Positions 25,141 through 37,030 of a DNA stretch of 64,000 nucleotides are shown one piece after another; within the stretch, counting starts at the first letter, position 1, and every line of letters begins with the position of its first letter. The DNA lies in NCBI RefSeq assembly GCF_006345805.1, contig NC_043002.1, positions 66,216,001-66,280,000 of the forward strand. Reading direction: 5' to 3'. The stretch is from Octopus sinensis. Its lineage: Eukaryota. The position numbers and the translations under genes were made by a program. A model generated the notes under the pieces. It made no database searches and was not told the origin of the DNA. It was given only the letters and a program-made list of their open reading frames with translations.

Positions 25141-26271
25141 TGTGTGTGCATATGTGTGTGTGTGGTGTGTGTGTGTGTAACTGCCTTTAAAAAATTCCAC
25201 AAAACAATTTTATGGATAGAACAGTAGTAAAAAAAACATATTCTAATTTAGTGAGAGAGAGGTAAACAGTGTCATGGATAATGTTTCCTGAGATGTAATA
25301 CCGGGTTTTATTCTTTATGTTCTTATTTTTCAAGTAAGGTGTCAGAAATACTGAAGATGAAACACTAAGTATTTATCACAGGTCTTTAGGGATACTACAA
25401 GATCGTCAAACTTATTTACAAGTTTATCCTTTAAAAAAGAGCCACAAGCAATTTTGTTTTGTTTCATTTTTGAAAAACAACACTTGAAAAAGAAAGCAAT
25501 TTAAAGTGTAAGTATCTATACATGAAAATATATCTTTGTTATAAGGGAGACATTTAAATTTCCATTGCATTAACCCTTTATATATAAACCCACTGGAAAC
25601 CATCATGCATTCTATGATACAAACTTTTTGTTTAAGGTGGTCTAAATTTAAACTTATATTGAAATTTGACATTAATTTGTTTCAAACACCATCTTAATAA
25701 TGGCAAAGTTATCTAATTACAATTTTCATTATTTCCAGAATTAAATGAAACAAAGACTTTATACTTCATAAAAATTTTATATTAATTTATGTTTTAAATA
25801 CTGTCTTAATGATGGCAAGGTTATTTTATTAAACTCTCCATTATTTTCAAAATTAATTGAAATAAAACAGATATTTCAACAGAAGTGTGGTAAGGAAAAG
25901 AAAACGCGTTAAAATTTACTTAGCTGTAGAAAATAATTAACTGATCTTTTGGGGAAATATTATCTGAGATAGATTTGTATCCTACTCAAAAAGAGATTCA
26001 TTAATCCTCCTCTTAACACAGGAAAGTTTAGAGATAAGCACCAAGGGTTTTATAGATTTTTATTACTTATTTACAGCTAGAAGGACTGGAGAATGAGAGG
26101 TAAATATGAAGGCCCATGAACACAAAGCAGTACTGTTGACATGATATGGACTGTCAACATCTTCAGATGGTTTGGCCCTTTTGATGCTAATCTGTCTGAG
26201 ACAGATTCTATCATAGAAACTTAATTATTATTTGTAAATCTCACAACGTGAGATATTCACCAACAATACTT

Positions 26272-26550
26272 TGTAGTGAAGATTGTTTGCCAACAAAACA
26301 TAGCAGTCCTGGTTTAGGACTACTGTTTCTGTAATTTAGCCCCAGGAGACATCGTCTCCAGCTGGCTATACGACGCAATCTGTGTCCTTATATTTTCGAG
26401 TGGAGATGCTGGATTCCCTTGTTCGAAAGTATAAGGACACAGATCATGTTGTATAGACAGCTGGAGACAATGTCTCTTGGGGCTTAATTATAGCAATATT
26501 AGTCTTAAACCAGGACTGCCATGTTATGTTGGCAAACAATCTTTACTACA
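26272..26550. mobile_element. Palindromic fold-back MITE, about 127-bp arms
   Basis: tgtagtgaagattgtttgccaac...gttggcaaacaatctttactaca; arms pair almost to the centre, loop about 23 nt. Confidence 0.8.
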
Positions 26551-28594
26551 GAAACTTAATTGTTAAGTAGTGATGACAAACTGAAAATTTCCTCAAAAAT
26601 TTCTTGATAATTTCTGTTTCAAATACTAGTTTATCAATAAATTCTATGCAATTTCTAAACCTTATTCAAATAAAGGCAGTGTATTTCAGTAGAAATATGG
26701 TAAAAAATAAATATGGTTAAGAGAATAAACTACTTAGAGACGCTATTCATTTGAAAAACAAAAGTTAAGTCAGTAATAATATATTTAACGAATTGAGCAT
26801 TAGAAACAATAATTAGAATTAAGTGTTTCTAATTTGTTCTTGTAACAGGAAGAATAAACAACAATATTAGTAGAAAAATAGGAGCAGACATGGCTGTGTG
26901 GTTAAGAGGTTTGTTTCCCAGTCGCATGATTCTGGGTTCAGTCTCACTACGTGGCATTTTGGGCAATTGTCATTCATTATAACTGTAGGCCAACCAAAGT
27001 ATTGTGAGTGGTAGACGGAAACTGAAAGAAGCCTGTCATATGGGTGTAAGTGTGTGTATCTTTGTCATGACATTATGCCATAGTTGTAAGAAAGCATCAC
27101 TGTCATACAAGCAATGTCCTTCATTTCCAATAATGTAGCAAAAACATGTCCAGCCAGTGGGGAAATATTACCTTGCTTGGAAATGGGTGAGAATTGGTGA
27201 CAGGAAAGGCACCCAACCATAGAAAATCTGCATTAATGAATTCCATGCAAGCATAGAAAAGTGGATATTAAAATGATGATGAGGATGATACTGATCATTA
27301 ATATGTTAATTATTCAGGAAATTATGCGAGACAACTCGCATACACGTTTTGGTCTTATTAACATAGATTTACCATACTTGCAGAAGTAGCGATGACAGAA
27401 TCACTAAGTATTTGTACAACAATGTAGATGAGTCGGCATTAAAAATTAGTGTATTTTTAAGAGAATAATTGGTCAAAGATGCTATTTACATAAATAACAA
27501 CTGGTCCCCATATTTGACTCTGCCATCCCTGGGTAACTGCAATGATTCACTGTCAATCTCTCTCAATGCTTTATGCTTATGTCATAAATCAATGTATCAC
27601 CAGACCACACACATATAAAACTCTTATGATGAATCAGAACACAGCATAAATGGAGTGAGGTAATGCCAAGTATGTATTAAGGAAAACTACCATATCTTTT
27701 ATCTTTTACTTGTTCCAATCATTAGACTGTGGCCATGCTGGGGTACCACCTTGAAGAATTTTTAGTTGAATGAATTGACTCCAGTACATTTTTGTTTTTC
27801 TTTTAAGCCTGGTACTTACACAATCGGTCTCTTTTGCCAAACTGGTAAGTTACAGGGACATAAACACACCAACACTGGTTTTCAAGTAGTAGTAGACACA
27901 CAGACATACACGTACACACTCACACACACACATGATGGGCTTCTTTCAGTGTCCATCTACCAAATCCACTCAGAAAGTTTTGATCAACCTGAAGCTATAG
28001 CACAAGACATCTGCTCAAGTTAGCACACAGTGGGACTGAACCTGTAACCATGAGGTCGAGAAGCAAGCTTGTTACCACACAGCCATGCCTGTGACTATAA
28101 TAACCAAATATATATTCATTAAACAGAAGAATGGGGTAATGGAATGGATTTCCATTAATGTCTAACAGACAAGCTTAAACTATAAAAAAAGAAACAGTTT
28201 TTTGTTTTTTTTATACAACATTACATTTTAGTTCAGTTCTATGTTTAAGATGAGGACAAATATCCGTCAAATGTAAATAATGTAAATAAAATTACATTTT
28301 AGTTTCTGAAACACAATTCATTAATCATAGGGGTCTGTGACAGGATCACTCAACCTGCTAAAAATACTAACCAAATCTCACTCAGTAATACCCTATCATC
28401 TTCGAAAAAAGAACACATAAACACATGGTATAATGAAGTAAGGATACAACATACTTGAAACGGTCATGGTTGGAATCTGTTTTGATCTTAGGTCTGTTTG
28501 ATCAAAGCCATCTTGGGGTTAAACAACAATAGTCTAACATGAGAAATTAGCGAAAATTTTATGAGGGGTATCACTTGATTTTTAGGAGGCTGTA

Positions 28595-28637
28595 TCATGT
28601 CAATTCTTCCAGTGAATTAAGTTTAAGGAGTATATGT
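28595..28637 (-). CDS. TMEM160: Candidate terminal coding exon of the TMEM160-like gene (KHILLKLNSLEELT*)
   Basis: attaacacgtattccacAG acceptor; a phase 2 join gives an in-frame short tail ending at TGA. Inference only. Confidence 0.45.
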
Positions 28638-28976
28638 CTGTGGAATACGTGTTAATTAAATGAAAAGGTAATTCAGTTGAATGAACAACTGAATTCTCAT
28701 TATTGAAACCAATTAAGAATCCACCAAAAGAAGGATTGGAGTTAAGAGAGACAAAAAAAGAAATGCTAGGTGGGAGAAGTGGATCCAGTAACAATACATT
28801 CATGTGCAATATATATGTATGCGTATGTGTGTGTATATATAAATAAATATATATACGTACATATGTGTATATATCATCATCACCATTATCGTCGTTTAAC
28901 ATTCGTTTTCCATGCTGGCATGGATTGGACGGTTCGACTGGGGTCTGGGAAGCCAAGAGGCTGCACCAGGCCCCAA

Positions 28977-29029
<53 letters not shown>

Positions 29030-29038
<9 letters not shown>

Positions 29039-29195
29039 TTGAAATTTACAGAAAAACAAAAGACAAAGACAGGTGTACAAACAACAAACAGGGGTATTAG
29101 TTTAATGCTCGGGAAGGTGAGAAAGTCTTTTAGGTTTTGAGCTTATGCTCTTCAACAGAAAGGAGCACAAGAAAATAAACAGAGAGAGAATAAAA
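29030..29195 (-). mobile_element. Penelope pLTR-like fragment with a degenerate hammerhead (29126-29163)
   Basis: Minus strand reads cttt-CTGTTGA-A-GAGC ataa GCTC-AAAA-CCTA-aaag. Confidence 0.45.
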
Positions 29196-29661
29196 AAAAA
29201 ACTTTTGGAGCTAGCAGTAGATTTTAGTCCAAAGGATAGCTATTGCAAGAGATTATTCAGATTGACAAAGTCCAATGCAGCTGAGGTATAGTTTTGGATT
29301 TCTATAGAGAGAAACTTCCTGAAGTTTGTAGTTTTGGAAATTAAAAAGAAGAGTGAGCAAAATGTTTAGAGCACGGCCTTAGGGGATGAGGCATCACAGA
29401 GATGGAAAAAAGGGGACAAGATACAAGACTTGAATGATGTACATATTACTGTGCCAGAAGAGTAGGAGCAATTGTAGAGGGGTTAAGGCTGATACATCTT
29501 GTCAGTAGGATTGTGGGTAGGATGCTGTCATATAGATGTGGCTAAAAGATCACATTCCTTCTGCCTTGCAGAGTAAACACACAAACAGCAATGTTTACAA
29601 TGAATATAGTTGATGTTACTAAAAAAAAAAAAAACTGCTTTCAACTTGTTCATGAAATGTA

Positions 29662-29887
29662 TTCACCCTTTAGCATTCAGATTTCTCTATCAAATGTAAT
29701 GGTTATTTATTTACATTGTTTTCAGTTAATCATGCAGTCTTTCATAGCTTTGATATTTCGATAATGTAATTGTTTATTTTTAGAATTTTGTAGGGTGAGG
29801 TGCGAGGGACGAGATCTGGCCAGTCTGAACATAAAGCAGGTAGAATATTTGGGCCAGATATGGTCAGTTTAAATGCTAAAGGGTTAA
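29662..29887. mobile_element. piggyBac-like MITE; inverted copy at 42231-42452
   Basis: accctttagcatt...aatgctaaagggTTAA TIRs. Confidence 0.7.
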
Positions 29888-30396
29888 TTTCTAAAGTATT
29901 GTACAACAAAGAGGGCTGATTATCTCTGAAATAACACAGGTGAAGAAGATCAATATAATCACTATTTATCCTGATGATTATAATTTTTATCAATGATCAA
30001 AAGAAGGATTTTTAGCATTTTAGCACTTTGTGCCATATTAAGAATAAAACACGTAGAATCACCAGTGACACCTATGGCAAGCAAAGTGTTAGTTCACTTT
30101 TCTGTTGGATTTGTTTGTTTATATTATCTTAATATAAAACAAAGTGGCTGACTTTGTTTTCATCGTTTTGGCGTCGATAAAATAAGTACCAGCTGAGTAT
30201 TGGGGTTGATGTAATCAACTAGAATCCTCTCTCAAAAATTCAGGCCCTTGTGCTTATAGTAGAAAGGACTGTTGTTATTATCATTATTATTGTTAATATT
30301 ATTAGTAGTGGTTGTTGTTGTTAATAGTAGTTAAATGAATATTAATTTTGATAATATAATCAGTTAAAATGGAAAGCGATCAAATAGGCCTATTAC

Positions 30397-30580
30397 TTAG
30401 TGATGTAACCCTTGAATGTAAGAAACGCAAAAAACCACAGAATAACATGTACTACGGATAACAATATAGCACAATAGACTCCCGTCTGTGACAGACCAAT
30501 CTGCGGATGTAATTTCCAGACATTAAATATGAAGATGGCACAACCAATTGTTAAATTTGCTCCAGCAATAGAAAACAAAA
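30397..30580 (-). CDS. TMEM160: TMEM160-like exon with two hydrophobic helices (VLFSIAGANLTIGCAIFIFNVW...LLSVVHVILWFFAFLTFKGYIT)
   Basis: Poly-T tract and tttcAG acceptor; phase 1 entry matches the previous exon. Ends at AA|GTAATA, or reads on to K-stop at 30393. Confidence 0.82.
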
Positions 30581-30918
30581 CTGAAAAAAAAAAAAGGAAA
30601 GGAAATAAAAATTAATTACTTAACTGATAAAAAAACACAAAAAGAAGACAGTTGAAATTTTAATATTTTATAATTTAAGCCCTTTTGTGACTATTTTTCT
30701 GAAGAATTATGCTGCTTTTGTTACAATTAATTTTTTTTAAAAATATGTAGGAGTAGTTCTGTGGTAAGTAGCTTGCTTATGAACCACATGGTTCCAGGTT
30801 CAGTCCCATTGTGTGGCACCTTGGGCAAGTGTCTTCTACTATAGCCTCGGGCTGACCAAAGCCTTGTGAGTGGATTTGGTAGATGGAAACTGAAAGAAGC
30901 CTGTCGTATATATGTATG

Positions 30919-30965
<47 letters not shown>

Positions 30966-31217
30966 TCATCATCATCATCATCATTTAGCGTCCGTTTTCC
31001 ATGCTAGCATGGGTTGGACGGTTCAACTGGGGTCTGTGAAGCTGGAAGGCTTCATCAGGCCCAGTCAGATCTGGCAGTGTTTCTACGGCTGGATGCCCTT
31101 CCTAACGCCAACCACTCCGTGAGTGTAGTGGGTGCTTTTTACGTGCCACCCGCACAGGTGCCAGACAGAGCTGGCAAACGGCCACGAACGGATGGTGCTT
31201 TTTACGTGTCACCGGCA

Positions 31218-31338
31218 TATATTATATATACATATATATATATACTATATATATACATATATATATATATACATATATAATATATATACATATATATATA
31301 TATAACATATATATATATACATATATTATATATATATA

Positions 31339-31385
<47 letters not shown>

Positions 31386-31505
31386 CATAATATATACATA
31401 TATATACATATATATATACATATATATACATATATATATATACATATATATATATACATATATATATATACATATATATTATATATACATATACATATAT
31501 ATACA

Positions 31506-31559
<54 letters not shown>

Positions 31560-31574
31560 CATATATATATATAC

Positions 31575-31648
<74 letters not shown>

Positions 31649-31655
31649 TATATGT
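31218..31655. repeat. Compound (TA)n/(TACA) microsatellite
   Basis: Directly visible; a similar tract lies at 49023-49320. Confidence 0.95.
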
Positions 31656-31945
31656 ATGTCTGTATATATGTTTGTTTGTGTTTGTCCCCACCAACATCAC
31701 TTGGCAACCGATGCTGGTGTGTTTACGTCCCTGTAACTTAGCAGTTCTGCAAAAGAGACCGACAGAATAAGTACTAGGCTTACAAAGAATAAGTCCAGAG
31801 GTCGATTTGCTCAACTAAAGGCGGTGCTCCAGCATGGCCATAGTCACATGACTGAAACAAGTAAAAGAGTAAAAGAGTAAAAAGAGTAATTCTTAAGCTG
31901 GTGTTTGGAACAAATTAATTTAAAATTTTGGTGAGCGGTTTAATT

Positions 31946-32281
31946 TAGATTACTTAAACCCCTTTGATACTAGTTTGCCTGAGACTATGTCTGGTTCTAT
32001 CACACAAACTTGTTATTTCAACCCTTCCGTTAATATATCTCTGACTAAATACACAGCCTTAATTTCAATTAATTTTGAAAATAACGAAGAATTTAATAAA
32101 ACAACTTTGCCATCATTAATCTGGTGTTTAGAACACAAGCAAATATAACGCTCATAGATTAATTTTAAATTAATCTATTTAGTCAGAGATATATTAACAG
32201 AAGGGTTGAAATAACAAGTTCGTGTGATAGAACCAGACATAGTCTCAGGCAAGCTAGTATCAAAGGGGTTTAAGTGATCTA
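31946..32281. repeat. 106-bp inverted duplication, 4 mismatches, 124-nt spacer
   Basis: 31946-32051 is the reverse complement of 32176-32281. Confidence 0.92.
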
Positions 32282-32330
32282 TCATTGAAAAATACGTTGG
32301 AATGAGAACCCAGGTTCGAAATTTCCCCAA

Positions 32331-32376
32331 GACACCTGAAGAAGGCTAGAGGGTATATCAGCCGAAACGTTGTGTT
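32331..32376 (+). ncRNA. Minimal type-I hammerhead ribozyme motif within a short repeat (about 32282-32429)
   Basis: gacac-CTGAAGA-A-GGCT(12 nt)AGCC-GAAA-CGTT-gtgtt. The repeat's 3' part recurs at 28247-28289. Confidence 0.75.
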
Positions 32377-32681
32377 AACAACAAACAAGATGAGGACAAA
32401 TATCTGTTGAATGTAAATATTGTAAATAAGGAAGAAGTTTGTTTCATAGAATCAGGAGGGGTGGTCTCAGGTGGGTTGGTATCAAAAGAGTCAAGGTATG
32501 AGGTGTGATGGGTATAGGAACATCATGTTCTTTCATGATACTTCAACAGGAGACACTGTCAACTGTAGTAGTTCCAACCAATACAGCACACTCCGTGTGT
32601 TGTATTTGCTTGTGAGGAATCTATGGAACTGATGGTACTTCATTGTTGCAGATGTGCATAATGGATCAGCAGCTGCTGCAA

Positions 32682-33055
32682 GTGGAGGCGCAATGGCCCA
32701 GTGGTTAGGGCAGTGGACTCGCGGTCGGAGGATCACGGTTTCGATTCCCAGACCGGGTGTTGTGTGTATTTATTGAGCGAAAACACCTAAAGCTCCATGA
32801 GGCTCCAGCAGGGGGTGGTGGCGACCCCTGTTGTACTCTTTCGCCCCAACTTTCTCTCACTCTTTCTTCCTGTTTCTTGTCCCCGACTTCCTACGCAACC
32901 ACTGAGCCTGGATGCGTATTCATCCATCTGTTGATGCTCTCGGTGTCGGGGGTTGACCTGCTTTCTCTTCTGCGGGTCTTACGAATAGCAAAGGACCACG
33001 TTTTGGACTTCTCCCATCTTGTGAGCTCTGGGATGAAGACCGTTCGCTCAACAGC
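32682..33055 (+). mobile_element. tRNA-derived SINE of a further family
   Basis: A box TGGCCCAGTGG, B box GGTTTCGATTCC, CpG-rich body. Confidence 0.6.
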
Positions 33056-33911
33056 AACTGCTGCAATGAAAGGTCTAAATATCTGCTGTTTGCCTGTGAT
33101 TCCAAGAAACTCACAACAGCTGGGTCCAAAGTAAAAGTAGTAGTAGTAGTAGTAGTAGTAGAAACAGCAGTATGGGGGCATGTGCTGTAACAGAGCAACA
33201 CTGCATCCACCATTTGTTTGGTGATTCCCTACTTGGGGCAGATGACTCCTTTGCACTGTTCAGGTGACAACCCTCCAACCCATGGGTCTGTTTTGTAGGG
33301 TTGTTGTTGCTAGTGAGGGTTCTCCAAGGTTGGAGTGCAAATCCTAGCTCAACCTCTTTTAGTTGCCCTTTATGACATGCAGAGGAAATGTTGGGTCTAT
33401 TTTTTGACATACTGGTCCTTACACAGCACTAGATCAACATGAAATGAAGTATTTTGCTCAAGAACACAACACACCGCGTGGTCCAGGAATTGAACCTTTG
33501 AACCTATAATCTTGTGATTGTGGGTGCAATACCCTAACCATTAAGCCAAACACCTCCATATGATTGCATGTAATTTAGTTTTAAGTAAGAATTTAGATAG
33601 CATTACCTAAACTGCCTTGTTCTAAAACATCAAACTCCAGAAATAAGACAAACCACTGTTTTATGACCAAACTCATCTAACCCTTTCGTTACTGATTTTA
33701 TTTTGAGATGCTCTCTATTTCTTTCAATTACTTTAAATATAACAAAGAATTTAGTAAAATAGCTTAGTCATCATTCAGCAAGTGTTAGGAACATAAATTG
33801 TTGACAAAGGTTTGGTGGAAGATTTTAATTCAAAACTTATGCAAACAAGACATTTGTACTCAGAGCCAGAGTTGGTAATGAAAGGGTAAAACAAAACAAT
33901 GAAAAACTCAC

Positions 33912-34010
33912 CTTCAGAAGCCACTCCACTTAGTGGCATTTTCGCCTCGGCTTGCATTGCTACACCTACTGCAGTTGCTAAGTAACCATTACGGTTCCAA
34001 GAGAGATACC
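33912..34010 (-). CDS. TMEM160: TMEM160-like exon (GYLSWNRNGYLATAVGVAMQAEAKMPLSGVASE)
   Basis: tattacAG acceptor and AAG|GTGAGT donor. Resembles the recalled TMEM160 motif AFLSWFRNGLLASGIG and DUF202 LANERTFLAW. Confidence 0.85.
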
Positions 34011-34243
34011 CTGTAATAGAAAGATTTTCCTTTATGCTCCTTCCACTTGTATTATTTAGACAAGAACTTAAATTTGGAAAAAACGTGCAAATAAGTTTGT
34101 TGGAACCACAAAAGTAGATGGGTTTCTTTCTTGTGTGTTGGTTGTTAGGAAACAAAAAAAAAATAAGACAGAAACCATTCTAAGTGATGTTGAGTAAAAG
34201 AAATGTTAGAAATAAGGAAATGATTTAGAATTTTCTCACTTAC

Positions 34244-34268
34244 CGTTTTCATTGGCCAATCTGACAGC
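34244..34268 (-). CDS. TMEM160: TMEM160-like 25-nt microexon (AVRLANEN+G)
   Basis: ttattacAG acceptor and G|GTAAGT donor. Phase 0 in and 1 out fits both neighbours and gives RLANENGYLSWNRNG. Confidence 0.8.
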
Positions 34269-34389
34269 CTGTAATAAATAAACAACATATTTTAATGGAA
34301 CTGAACTAAAAGGAATTTCATTGTTTCTAAATATTGGAGGAAAATCTTTGAAAGATTATTTTCTGATGCAGTCCAGAAAACTTCAGATT

Positions 34390-34390
<1 letters not shown>

Positions 34391-34439
<49 letters not shown>

Positions 34440-34444
34440 GAGAG

Positions 34445-34484
<40 letters not shown>

Positions 34485-34485
34485 C

Positions 34486-34538
<53 letters not shown>

Positions 34539-34543
34539 GAGAG

Positions 34544-34589
<46 letters not shown>

Positions 34590-34600
34590 AGAGAAAGAGT
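34391..34600. repeat. (TG)n followed by interrupted (GA)n microsatellite
   Basis: Directly visible; other (GA)n/(CT)n tracts at 53114-53166 and 58620-58719. Confidence 0.95.
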
Positions 34601-34741
34601 GAGTGTGTGCAAGAGAAAGAGACATGTTAGTTTTGGTTTCAGTTCCACACAATGGCACCTGGGGCAAGTGTCTTCTACTATAGTCCTGGGCCAATCAAAG
34701 CCTTTTGAGTGGATTTGGTACATGGAAACTGAAAGAAACCC

Positions 34742-34775
<34 letters not shown>

Positions 34776-35168
34776 ATGTATGTATGTATGTGTATGTGTT
34801 TCTGTGTGTTTGTGTTCTGTTTGCCCCTACTGCCACTCAACAACTGGTGTTGGTTTGTTTACATCCCCATGACATAGCATAGCAGTTTGGCAAAAGAGGC
34901 CACTAAAATAAGTACTGGCCCTTAAAAAAAAAAGCTCTAGGGTTCATTTGTTCAACTAAAGGCTCTCAAGGTGGGGACCCAGTATTGCTGCAATCAAACG
35001 ACTTAAACAAATAGAAGATAAAAAAATAAGGATATATCTGAAGACAAGACATGGTGGTCATAACCGGAATAGCTTTGATGATATGCCTTCTGGATTAGAG
35101 CTGAGTTAAACAATATGTAAAACAAATGAAAATTACAAATAAAAAAAACATCCAAAAATTCAACTCAC

Positions 35169-35489
35169 CACTTCTTCCAGGGATAAATTACCATTTTGTT
35201 TCTGTGATGATTCTTTTGAATTACAGTGACAGTTCAAGGATGGAGTTTGGAAAATACTTTGGCATCCTAAGATGGACCAGACAGAGGTCTGATGGGCATT
35301 AGGAGAACATGGTTTCCGATTTGCTTGATTTAGCATTGAAGATAAACCACGTGTTGCTAAGCAGTTGGTCAGTCCTTGTGTTGGTAAAAATCCCAGAGGA
35401 ATTTGACATCGTGATGAAGAATATTGCTGTAAAAGCTTTTGATAGGACCATGGACAACGGAATTGCATAAGTTGTCTTGTCAGCTTCAT
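35169..35489 (-). CDS. TMEM160: TMEM160-like protein, first coding exon (MKLTRQLMQFRCPWSYQKLL...NLSLEEV), presequence-like N-terminus
   Basis: ctgcAG acceptor at 35506-35505, ATG at 35489, GTG|GTGAGT donor in phase 0. Open frame of 107 codons. Confidence 0.75.
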
Positions 35490-35625
35490 AATTGTATCAC
35501 AACCCTGCAGAATATATATTAGATGTGTGTATATGAATTGCAAATATTTTATATATGCATTAAAAATATGTTACGTCCTTATAAAATATTGTGCATACAT
35601 TTATAAAAATATCAAATATGCATTT

Positions 35626-35657
<32 letters not shown>

Positions 35658-35680
35658 CGTGTGTGTGTGTGTGTGTGTGT

Positions 35681-36012
35681 GAAGGTGCATGGCTCAGTGG
35701 TTAGAACGTTGAACTCATGACCATGAGATTGTGAGTTTGAATCCCAGACCAGACTGCACGTTGTGTTCTTGAGCAAGACTCTTTATTTCACGTTGCTCCA
35801 GTTCACTCAGCTGTAGAAATGAGTTGCGACGTCACAGGTGCCAAGCCGTATCGGCCCCTTTACCTTCCCCTTGGATGACATCGGTGGCATGGAGAGGGGA
35901 GGCCGGTGTGCATGGGCGACTGCTGGTCTTCTATAAAGAACCTTGCCCGGACTTTGCCTTAGAGGGTAACTTTCTAGGTGCAATCCCATGGTCAGTCATG
36001 ACTGAATAGGGT
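35681..36012 (+). mobile_element. tRNA-derived V-domain-like SINE (family D). Other copies about 3718-3975, 12900-13200, 33420-33560(-), 40830-41180(-), 61258-61580(-)
   Basis: A box TGGCTCAGTGG, B-box-like GTTTGAATCC and gtgttcttgagcaagac block. Confidence 0.8.
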
Positions 36013-36031
36013 CTCCGATATATATATATAT

Positions 36032-36414
36032 ACTAGCGGTATCGCCCGGCGTTGCTCAGATTTGTAAGGGAAATAACTATAAAGCATTTTTAGAGAGTTA
36101 TAGCCAAAAAATAGCAAAAAAATGGAAAAAAATGATGGTAAATTTTTTTTAGTTAAAAAAGGTGGAGTTGCGTCCCCTAGACAGTTTGCGGTTTGTGTTT
36201 CTGATTCTCGACCCCATGTCGAATTTATCGATTTTTTTCAGAACTGGGGGAACTTTTCAAAATTTTCGCTGCGTTAGTTTTGAATTATGACATTGGGCTA
36301 TGTGTGTGTCAAGTTTCATCAGAATCGGTTGAAAGCCGTGGTCAGGGTGAGGGTACAAGCAAACAGACACACAGAAACACGCACAGACAAACTGCCGTTT
36401 ATATATAGAGAGAT
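36032..36414 (+). mobile_element. Helentron/DINE-like non-autonomous element
   Basis: actagc...cccggcgttgctc 5' end, caagtttcatcagaatcgg block, cagaca-type repeats and tttatatatagagagat end; that end recurs at about 59530-59576. Confidence 0.55.
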
Positions 36415-36419
36415 ATATA

Positions 36420-37030
36420 TGAGGTGGTATCAAAAAGTTTCTGAACTGGTTCTGCAATGCACCAAGAGATGGCAGCACACAGTTGCATGTGCAGTGAGAG
36501 CTAGCAGTGACCTTTATGAGGCAATGTGCCGAGTGACAGCACAGTGTTTACTTCACAAGTTGTGAAATTTGTGGTTTTGTGATCACATGTATGCTGTAGC
36601 ATGTGATTTTGTCATGAACAGGATGTTGGAACAAAGAGGCAACGTGAAATTTTGTGATAAACTTGGAAAGCCTACAACAGAGACATTGAGTATGCTTTGG
36701 CAAGCCTATGGTGACATGGCAATGGATCATGCGCAATGTTTCAGGTGGCACAGGAGCTTCAAAAGAGAAAGAAGACGATGAGTGATCTGGAAGATCTGGC
36801 ACGAGTGCCATCCCTGGTAATGTAGAGAAATTTTATCAGCTTGTGCATGAGGATCGTCGGAGGACAATTCATGACATTGCTGATGTTGTTGGTCTGTCGT
36901 ATGGGTCAGAGCAAGCAATCTTAATGCCTGAATTGAACATGTGGCATGTCTCTGCCAAGTTTGTCCCCCATCTGCTGACCACTGAGCAGCAAGAACATTG
37001 TGTTGTAGTCTGTCGAGATCTCTGTCAGGC
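36420..37030 (+). mobile_element. Mariner transposon 5' fragment, truncated pseudogene
   Basis: TA followed by TIR-like gaggtggtatcaaaaagtttc. Frameshifted peptides EQRGNVKFCDKLGK..TET..ML..AYGD and EDRRRTI..IA..VGLSYGS...AKFVPHLLT (WVPHEL-like). Confidence 0.9.

Noticed and set aside
25346-25375. aaata CTGAAGA T GAAAC...tattt
   Set aside because: No stem II between the core boxes; chance match or deletion relic.
26130-26170. Minus-strand CTGAAGA followed by a perfect 8-bp hairpin
   Set aside because: GTAC follows instead of GAAA and there is no stem I partner, so it was not counted as a hammerhead.
31202-31814. Long YI/IY-rich ORFs; likewise RE/SL-rich ORFs at 34.3-34.9 kb and 58.5-58.8 kb and YI-rich ORFs at 48.9-49.4 kb
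   Set aside because: Stop-free microsatellite translations.
32757-33256. Overlapping 97-125 aa ORFs
   Set aside because: They lie in a SINE body and a (TAG)n tract, with no homology recognised.
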